Source: Vulcanimicrobiota bacterium
Lineage (GTDB): Bacteria; Vulcanimicrobiota; Vulcanimicrobiia; Vulcanimicrobiales; Vulcanimicrobiaceae
Reading direction: 5' to 3'
NCBI GenBank assembly: GCA_963733295.1
Contig: CAVTCS010000003.1
Coordinates: forward strand, 1,632,001 to 1,696,000
Length of the DNA: 64,000 nucleotides
Positions 57,518-64,000 of the stretch are shown piece by piece. Within the stretch, counting starts at the first letter, position 1. The number at the start of each line of letters is the position of its first letter. The notes under the pieces are model-generated. The model was not told the DNA's origin and searched no databases. It saw only the letters and a program-made list of their open reading frames with translations. The position numbers were made by a program, and so were the translations under genes.

Positions 57518-59653
57518 TTAGCGTTCCCGGCCGGCTGCCGCAGCCCCCGTCGCTTCTGCCGTTGCTTCGTAGGCGCCGAGATCCGCAAAACGCGCTCCGC
57601 GAGCCGCTAGGCTTTCGATGAGTGCTGCCGGCCGCCAATGCGACCCGTGTAGTTCGCTGAGGCGCGCGAGTTCGTCCCGGACGTGCGTGATTCCAAGCGT
57701 GTCGGCGTAGTGCATCGGACCGCCGCGGTACGCGGGAAACGCGAAACCGTAAATCCAGACGATATCGATGTCGCCGGGGCGCATCGCGGTACCGTCTTCG
57801 AGAGCTTTCGCCCCCTCGTTGACGATCGCCAGCAAACAGCGCGTCAGGATCTCGTCGTCGGAAACGACGCGGCGAGCGATGCCCAGGCGCGCCGATTCGG
57901 CGAAGATCAGCGCTTCGACTTCGGGATCGGGGATCGGCTTACGGCTGTCGTCGTAGCGATAGATGCCTTCACCGGTCTTTTGACCGAAGCGGCCCAGTTC
58001 GCAGAGACGATCGGCGAGTTCCGACTCGCGCACCGCGGTCAGCTTCCCCTCGGCCAGCCGGCGTTTGCGAATGCGCCAGCCCACGTCCAAGCCTGCCAGA
58101 TCGTACATCCGCAAGGGCCCCATGGGAAAACCGAAGCCTTCCATGACGCGATCGACGTCTTGCGGAAACGCGCCTTCTTCCACCAGCAAGAGCGTCTCGC
58201 GGCTGTACGGCGCGAGCATGCGGTTCGCGATGAAGCCGTCGCACGTACGCGCGACCACCGCGACCTTGCCGATCTTCTTCGCGAGCGCGAGCGAGCTCGC
58301 GATCGCGCGTGCGGAGGTAGCGCTTCCGCGCACGATCTCGAGCAGCCGCATCACGTTCGCGGGGCTGAAAAAATGCAGGCCGATGATGTCGCCCGCCCGC
58401 GAGCTGGATTGCGCGATCGCGTCGATGTCGAGCGTCGACGTGTTGCTCGCGAGGATGGCATCGGGCCGGCAGATCTGCTCGAGCCGGGCGAAGACCTCGC
58501 GCTTGACGTCGAGCTCCTCGAAGACGGCTTCGATGACGAGGTCGACGTCCGCCGCCACGGCGAGATCGGTACCGAAGCGCATGCGCGCAAGCCGCTCGGT
58601 CGCGTCGGCTTCGTCGAAGCGGCCCTTACGTGAAGAGGCTGCGTAGATCCTCGCGATGAGCGCGCGGGAACGCGTCAGCGCGCTTTCGCCGGCTTCGACG
58701 ACGCGCACCTCGAGGCCACCGTTCGCAAGCGCCATCGCGATGCCCGTCCCCATCGTTCCCGCGCCGACGACGCACACCGAGCGCACCGGTGCAACCGGCG
58801 TGCCGGGCGGCACGTCGGGCACCTTAGCCGCCTCGCGCTCGGCGAAAAAAACGTGGATCTTCGACTTCGATTGTTCGGATGCGAGCAGCTCGACGAATAG
58901 CTCGCGCTCGTGCCGCAAACCTTGCTCGAACGGCAGCGTCGTCGCGGCCTCGACCGCATCGACGCAACGGTGCGCCGCTAAACCGCCCCGCTCGAGCGGC
59001 GCGAGTTGCGCGCGCGCGGAGGCGAAGGCGCCTTCCTCGACGGGCGCTTCGCGCGCGCTCAGCCGCGTTCGCGCGCCGCTGCTCGCTGCAGCTGCGGCCT
59101 GCGCGCAGGCCGCAACCACGAGATCGCCCTCTTCGACGGCATCGAGGATTCGCAATTCGCGCGCTTCGGCGGCAGGCACCGGCGCACCGGAAAGGATGAT
59201 GCGGAGCGCCGCCGCGCATCCGCACGCGCGCGGCAATCGCTGCGTGCCGCCCGCTCCCGGCAATAGGCCGAGGTTGATCTCCGGCAACGCCACGCGCGCC
59301 CGCGCCGAACCAACTCGCCGGTCGCAAGCGAGTGCGATCTCGAGGCCACCGCCGAAGGCGGTTCCGTCAAGGGCCGCAATCCACGGCTTCGGGCTGGCTT
59401 CGATGCGCGCGATCACCTCGGGCAAAAGCGGCGTGCCGGGCGGTGGCGTCTTGCCGAACCAGCGGATGTCGGCGCCGCCGGTGAAAATTCCGTTTCGTCC
59501 CGCCAGCACGAACGCGCGCACCGCGGGATCCGCCTCGCCTTCGTCGATCGCGCTCATCAGAGCGAGCAAGATATCGGGCGAAAACGCGTTGACCGGCGGG
59601 TTGTCGACTTCGACGACGAGCACGCCGTCACGGAGCGAACGATGAACGGCCAC
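57518..59653 (-). CDS. Enoyl-CoA hydratase/3-hydroxyacyl-CoA dehydrogenase (PimF/FadB-like)
   Basis: GTG 59653; DNPPVNA, GGGLE, PGAGGTQRLPR, GAGTMG, HFFSPAN. Confidence 0.92.
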   Translation of the reverse strand: MAVHRSLRDGVLVVEVDNPPVNAFSPDILLALMSAIDEGEADPAVRAFVLAGRNGIFTGGADIRWFGKTPPPGTPLLPEVIARIEASPKPWIAALDGTAFGGGLEIALACDRRVGSARARVALPEINLGLLPGAGGTQRLPRACGCAAALRIILSGAPVPAAEARELRILDAVEEGDLVVAACAQAAAAASSGARTRLSAREAPVEEGAFASARAQLAPLERGGLAAHRCVDAVEAATTLPFEQGLRHERELFVELLASEQSKSKIHVFFAEREAAKVPDVPPGTPVAPVRSVCVVGAGTMGTGIAMALANGGLEVRVVEAGESALTRSRALIARIYAASSRKGRFDEADATERLARMRFGTDLAVAADVDLVIEAVFEELDVKREVFARLEQICRPDAILASNTSTLDIDAIAQSSSRAGDIIGLHFFSPANVMRLLEIVRGSATSARAIASSLALAKKIGKVAVVARTCDGFIANRMLAPYSRETLLLVEEGAFPQDVDRVMEGFGFPMGPLRMYDLAGLDVGWRIRKRRLAEGKLTAVRESELADRLCELGRFGQKTGEGIYRYDDSRKPIPDPEVEALIFAESARLGIARRVVSDDEILTRCLLAIVNEGAKALEDGTAMRPGDIDIVWIYGFAFPAYRGGPMHYADTLGITHVRDELARLSELHGSHWRPAALIESLAARGARFADLGAYEATAEATGAAAAGRER

Positions 59654-59727
59654 GTGAATCCCCCTTGTCCGTGGGATAGAAACGCCGTGGTGCGTTTCCC
59701 TGCGACCCTCGTGCTCGATCGCCGGAC

Positions 59728-61146
59728 TCAGGGACTGGCGTTCAAGAGGATCGCCGCGCAGTGCGGACAGACATCGACCGAAGTCACCGGCGAATACGAA
59801 ACCGAGCCCGGCGGCATGCCGCTGCTCGGGACCGGACCGCCCGTCGTCGGAAGCGCTTGATAGAACGTCCCGCCAAGAGCAAGCGCACCGCTGTCCGCCG
59901 GGCTCGGGTTCACCAGCACCATACCGTTCGCGTAGTGTCGAACGTACAAATTCCAACTCGCGTTGAGCAACGTCGAGATGTTGGCCGGAACCGGATCGAC
60001 GGGCGCGCCCAAGTTGATCCCGTACTCCGGCTGCCATTGGATCGCCAGCCCGTAGCTGTCGAGGTTCACGTACGTGTGGTGGCCCTTGATCAAAAGGTAC
60101 GTGCCAAGCACGAAGAGCCGTTCGTTGGCGTCGCTTCCGTTCGGGTAGGTCTGACCGATCACGATCTTGCCGGCGTTGACCAGCGAGAGCGCGCGATTCA
60201 TCTGCAGCTGCCAGTCGCCGAGCGCGTAGTAGTTCTCGTTGCCCCCTTCGGCGAAGCCTTCGAGCATCGCCCCGTCGACGTTCGAGTAGTCGGATGGATC
60301 GCGCGTCGTAATCCACGAGCCGACGTTCGGAATCCAAAGCCAACGGCCGGCGAATTGGGTGCGCATGTAGTCGGTAAACGAATGCATGCGCGTCGCCCAC
60401 GAGGACTCGAACGTCGCATCGACCGCCGGCAGCGCTGGGTTGTAGGGTCCGAGATAATTCGGGATGCTGTAACTGTCGGCAAAGACCCCGTCGTCTTGGT
60501 TGAGCGCGAGCTGACCCATGACTTGTCCGCTCCACCACGCGCGCCAACCGGGATCGTTCAGCTCCATGAGGTACCAGCCCCACGAACAGTTGTACACGCG
60601 TGCCGATCCGCCGTATTGAAAGAACCAACTTGCGTTCACGACCGAGTCGCCGGGCCATTCCTGCACCCAGCTGCCGTCGATGATTTGAAGGTAGCTGCCG
60701 GTCGGCGCGCAGCCGGAAGAAGGCGAGCGGTATCCCAAGGCAAGCCCCAGGCGGTAGTGCAGCACTAAGAAGTTCGAATTGTAGGTGCGTAAGTGGGCGG
60801 CGTCGCCAGGGAGAAGTTTTTGCGAGCCGACAAAATGCGTCGCCGCGAATTGAAATTGCGCCTCGCTTGCCGAGCTCGTGTCGAGCTGGTCGCTGTAGAC
60901 GAAGATCCCATCGGTCGTGTCGGGAAAGGTACGCGAACTTCCGGAAGCGATCGCGGTCGGGGTGGCTGTCGCCGACGGGGTCGCGCTCGGACCCCCGGTC
61001 GGCCTCGCACTGGCGCTTCCGCTGGGCGCCGGCGTCGGCGAGTTTCGCGGCGCTCCCGGCGTTTGCGGACCACTGCTGCTGCCGCCGGAGCAGTTTGCCA
61101 ACAACACTGCTGCAACGAAAAGCAGCGCCGGGTAGGAAACGCGCAC
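59728..61146 (-). CDS. Lipoprotein with putative glycoside hydrolase (GHL15-like) domain
   Basis: Lipobox LANC, PT linker, DGVFADS, DGAMLEGF, RHYANGMVLVNP. Confidence 0.65.
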   Translation of the reverse strand: MRVSYPALLFVAAVLLANCSGGSSSGPQTPGAPRNSPTPAPSGSASARPTGGPSATPSATATPTAIASGSSRTFPDTTDGIFVYSDQLDTSSASEAQFQFAATHFVGSQKLLPGDAAHLRTYNSNFLVLHYRLGLALGYRSPSSGCAPTGSYLQIIDGSWVQEWPGDSVVNASWFFQYGGSARVYNCSWGWYLMELNDPGWRAWWSGQVMGQLALNQDDGVFADSYSIPNYLGPYNPALPAVDATFESSWATRMHSFTDYMRTQFAGRWLWIPNVGSWITTRDPSDYSNVDGAMLEGFAEGGNENYYALGDWQLQMNRALSLVNAGKIVIGQTYPNGSDANERLFVLGTYLLIKGHHTYVNLDSYGLAIQWQPEYGINLGAPVDPVPANISTLLNASWNLYVRHYANGMVLVNPSPADSGALALGGTFYQALPTTGGPVPSSGMPPGSVSYSPVTSVDVCPHCAAILLNASP

Positions 61147-61201
61147 CGCCTCGCTTTCGGCCGTGCGCGTTTCGCATCCTAGAGCACTACGTCACAAACG
61201 C

Positions 61202-64000
61202 TTAGAGAGGTAGATTCGCTTCCGCCACCGCGTCGGTGATCGTAAAGAGTGCGCCTTCGGAAAATGCGCCGGCATAAGCGTCGGGTGACAGCGCCCCCCG
61301 AACGGACCCGTCGAACTTCAGATAAAGCTCCTGGATCGTCGGCTGCCGCGGCGCGAGCTCTTGCTCGAGCGTGCTCATGAAGCCGAGCAGCCGGGCCGCT
61401 CTGGGGGCGTGCCCGCGCCGGAAATGGAGTTGCGCGAACACGAAGAGACACTCGCGCACCATCCATAGTTCCCGGCCCGCGACGAGCCCTTCGACGATCT
61501 CGCGGCAGATCGCGTACGCGGTCTCGACGTCGCCGCGGATGAGATGGAGGTCGGCCAGGTCGACGAGAAATGCGCGCGGAGTTCCATAGCGTTCGAGAAT
61601 GGCCACCGCTTCGCGCTCGTATTGCAGCGCCGTGTCGAGCTCGCCGGCATCTTGGGCGATCGCCGACAAGTTGTGCAAGGCGCGCGCGGTCTTGCGATCG
61701 TGACCGAGCGAGCGCGCGAGCGCGAGCGCCTCGCTATAGTGCGTCCGCGACGCCGCGAAATCGTCGCGATAGTCCGCGCACATCCCAAGACAGTTGAGCG
61801 CGTCGGCTTCGATCAACCGGTCGCGAACTTCCCGCGCCGTTCGGAGCGCTTCTTCGAAAAACGGCTGCGCGGCCGCGACGTCGATGCGCATAAGATGCGC
61901 GCCGCCGGCGTTCAGGGCGGCGAGCGCCGAAAGCCGCGCGTCACCTGCGCTGTGCGCGATCGCTCTCGCTCGCTCGGCTAACGCCAGCGCGCGCTGCGGT
62001 TCGATGCTTGACTGCCGGAGAAAGAACGTCGTCGCCAAGCACAGTTGAGCGACCAGCGGCGCTGGTATTTCGGCTTCGAAGGAAAGCGCGCGCTCGAGCC
62101 AGCGCAGCGCACTCGCCGGCGTGCGGCTCGTCGCTTCCCAGTACGGCATCAATCCGGCGGCAATCGCGGCACCCGTCGGCACGTCCTGGTGTTCGTCGAG
62201 GCACCATTCCAACGCCGCCCCGAAGTTCTCGTCCTCCGGGATGAAAGTGGGCAGCCAAACTCTCGTCGGCTGAGCGCCACTCGAGCGTTCGACGCGCTCG
62301 GCCAGCGTTCGGACGTAGGTTGCGTGGCGCGATCGCCAGAGCGCGGCTTCCCCGCCGAGTCGCTCGCTCGCGTATTCGCGCATCGACTCCATGAAATGGT
62401 AGCGCGTTTCGCCGGCCTGCGTCTCGTGAAGCACGAGCGACTTCTCGACGAGTGCGGTAAGAATCTCGTCAACGTCCCCGGCGGCGATGGCTTCGTCGCT
62501 ACAAACGACGCGCGCCGCGTCGGCAGTCCAGCTTCCGGCGAATACCGAGAGCCGCAGCAAAAGCAGCCGTTCGCGCGCGTCGAGGAGATTGTAACTCCAA
62601 TCGATGAGCGCCCGGAGCGTCTGCTGGCGCGGCAACGCGGTCCTGCTTCCGCCGGTCAACGTCCGGAAACGGTCGTCGAGCCGAGCCGCGAGACCCTCGA
62701 TGCTCATCGAGCGAAGCCGCGCTGCCGCCAGTTCGAGGGCGAAGGGAATTCCGTCGAGGCGGCGGCAGATCTGCGCGACGATGGGCGCACTGGCGTCGTC
62801 GAGTTCGAAACCCACCGCCTGCGCCCGCGCTGCAAAAAACAAGAGCGCATCGTAGCTGCGCGCCGAAGCCGCGTTGACCTGTTGATCGAGCGGCGGCACG
62901 GCAAGCGATGACACGCGATAGAGTCGCTCCCCCGCGATCCCGAGCGGCTCGCGGCTGGTCGCCAGAATCTTGACGTGCGGAGCGTTGCGCAACACGACGT
63001 CGACGACCGTCGAGCAGGCGGCGACGACGTGCTCGCAGTTGTCCAGCACGATGAGCGCGCATTTCGGGCGCAGCAGGCCGGTGAGCGAAGCGAGCGGATT
63101 ATCCCCGGCGAGGTGCCACTCGAAGACTTCGGCGATGGCGTGCTCGACGTGTCTGGCGTCCGAGACGTTGGAGAGATCGACGAACCAAACGCCGTCCGAG
63201 AACTCGTCGAGAACGAGCTGCGCGCTTTCGATGGCTAAGCGGGTCTTACCGATCCCTCCAGGTCCGGAGAGCGTGACGAGCCGCAGCTCACCGAGTGCGA
63301 CGGCGACTTCGCCGAGCTCGCGTTCGCGACCTAAGAAGCGGGTGAGCTGCAGCGGAAGGTTATGGCGGGTTTCGTCGCGTCGCTCGGCAACCGGCGCCGA
63401 CGAGAGATAGTGGGGAGCGGCGACTCGGTTACGTCCCGCGCCCTTTGCGGTGTACAGTCCGCGGTCGGCGCTTTGCAACAACGCCGTAAGCTCGCCGTCG
63501 CGCGGCACGAGCGTGGCGCTCCCGATGCTGACCGAAACGACGCCGAGCGTGGAACCGTGATGCGGGATTGCAAGCGCCGAAATCGCGCTGCGCATCTGCT
63601 CGCCGAGATCCACGGCGCTCGCCCCCGCACAATCGGGCACGAGCGCGGCAAACTCCTCGCCGCCATAACGCGCGAGCAAGGCGCCGGGCGTATCGAGACA
63701 GGCTTCCAACGCGTGCGCCACCTGTTGAAGGCATGCGTCGCCCGCCACGTGGCCGTAACGGTCGTTGAACGCTTTGAAGAAATCGACGTCGATCAGCAGC
63801 ATGGAAAGCGGCGAGCCGTCGAGCGCGCACGCATCCCAACGCCGGCGAATGCCTTCGTCGAAAGCGCGCCGATTAGCGACGCCGCATAAGCCGTCGACGG
63901 CCGCAAGGTCTTCGAAAGCGCGCTTTGCGACCGCCTCGCCCGCGTCGTGGATGCGCACCGCCAAATACAGCGCGCAGGTTTCGAGCAGTTCGACGTCCTC
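61202..64000 (-). CDS. Diguanylate cyclase-STAND ATPase-TPR fusion (5' end outside the window)
   Basis: DVDFFKAFNDRYGH, RYGGEEF; NLPLQLTRFLGRE, GPGGIGKT, LDNCEH, LDGIPFALELAA; C-terminal TPRs. Confidence 0.92.
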   Translation of the reverse strand, partial: EDVELLETCALYLAVRIHDAGEAVAKRAFEDLAAVDGLCGVANRRAFDEGIRRRWDACALDGSPLSMLLIDVDFFKAFNDRYGHVAGDACLQQVAHALEACLDTPGALLARYGGEEFAALVPDCAGASAVDLGEQMRSAISALAIPHHGSTLGVVSVSIGSATLVPRDGELTALLQSADRGLYTAKGAGRNRVAAPHYLSSAPVAERRDETRHNLPLQLTRFLGRERELGEVAVALGELRLVTLSGPGGIGKTRLAIESAQLVLDEFSDGVWFVDLSNVSDARHVEHAIAEVFEWHLAGDNPLASLTGLLRPKCALIVLDNCEHVVAACSTVVDVVLRNAPHVKILATSREPLGIAGERLYRVSSLAVPPLDQQVNAASARSYDALLFFAARAQAVGFELDDASAPIVAQICRRLDGIPFALELAAARLRSMSIEGLAARLDDRFRTLTGGSRTALPRQQTLRALIDWSYNLLDARERLLLLRLSVFAGSWTADAARVVCSDEAIAAGDVDEILTALVEKSLVLHETQAGETRYHFMESMREYASERLGGEAALWRSRHATYVRTLAERVERSSGAQPTRVWLPTFIPEDENFGAALEWCLDEHQDVPTGAAIAAGLMPYWEATSRTPASALRWLERALSFEAEIPAPLVAQLCLATTFFLRQSSIEPQRALALAERARAIAHSAGDARLSALAALNAGGAHLMRIDVAAAQPFFEEALRTAREVRDRLIEADALNCLGMCADYRDDFAASRTHYSEALALARSLGHDRKTARALHNLSAIAQDAGELDTALQYEREAVAILERYGTPRAFLVDLADLHLIRGDVETAYAICREIVEGLVAGRELWMVRECLFVFAQLHFRRGHAPRAARLLGFMSTLEQELAPRQPTIQELYLKFDGSVRGALSPDAYAGAFSEGALFTITDAVAEANLPL

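Noticed and set aside
57518..61177. 1219-aa ORF as a giant fusion protein
   Set aside because: The first roughly 500 aa are an Arg-rich alternate frame of the 59728-61146 gene; the real enzyme starts at GTG 59653.

Overview
GC-rich bacterial chromosomal window with about 60 mostly housekeeping and accessory genes. No rRNA, tRNA, CRISPR array or transposase was seen. The gene style (Pro/Thr- and Ser/Pro-rich lipoproteins, GGDEF-STAND-TPR and TPR-LuxR regulators, YaiO and TonB-type outer-membrane proteins) suggests a diderm soil bacterium, possibly Eremiobacterota; this is inference only. Main signals missed by the ORF track: (1) a DsbA/FrnE-family gene (38653-39270) with an in-frame TGA at the first Cys of its CxxC motif, followed by a SECIS-like hairpin, i.e. 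a probable selenoprotein; (2) an rsgA paralog preceded by a strong sigma70-type promoter, a 23-aa leader peptide containing RLRRR and an anti-Shine-Dalgarno segment, i.e. a candidate antibiotic-responsive attenuator; (3) an IF-1 gene with no canonical start codon, overlapped by a short uORF, plus other genes whose plausible start is a near-cognate codon overlapping the upstream stop; (4) a 163-bp TA-flanked palindromic MITE-like element; (5) a TPR-LuxR locus flanked by a family of 'GSFST'-ending lipoproteins with a traceable duplication and deletion; (6) a YaiO/HEAT/GT2 polysaccharide operon coupled to a TsdA-like cytochrome, and a copper-type TonB/cupredoxin/SCO cluster. Several single-base frameshifts look like assembly errors.
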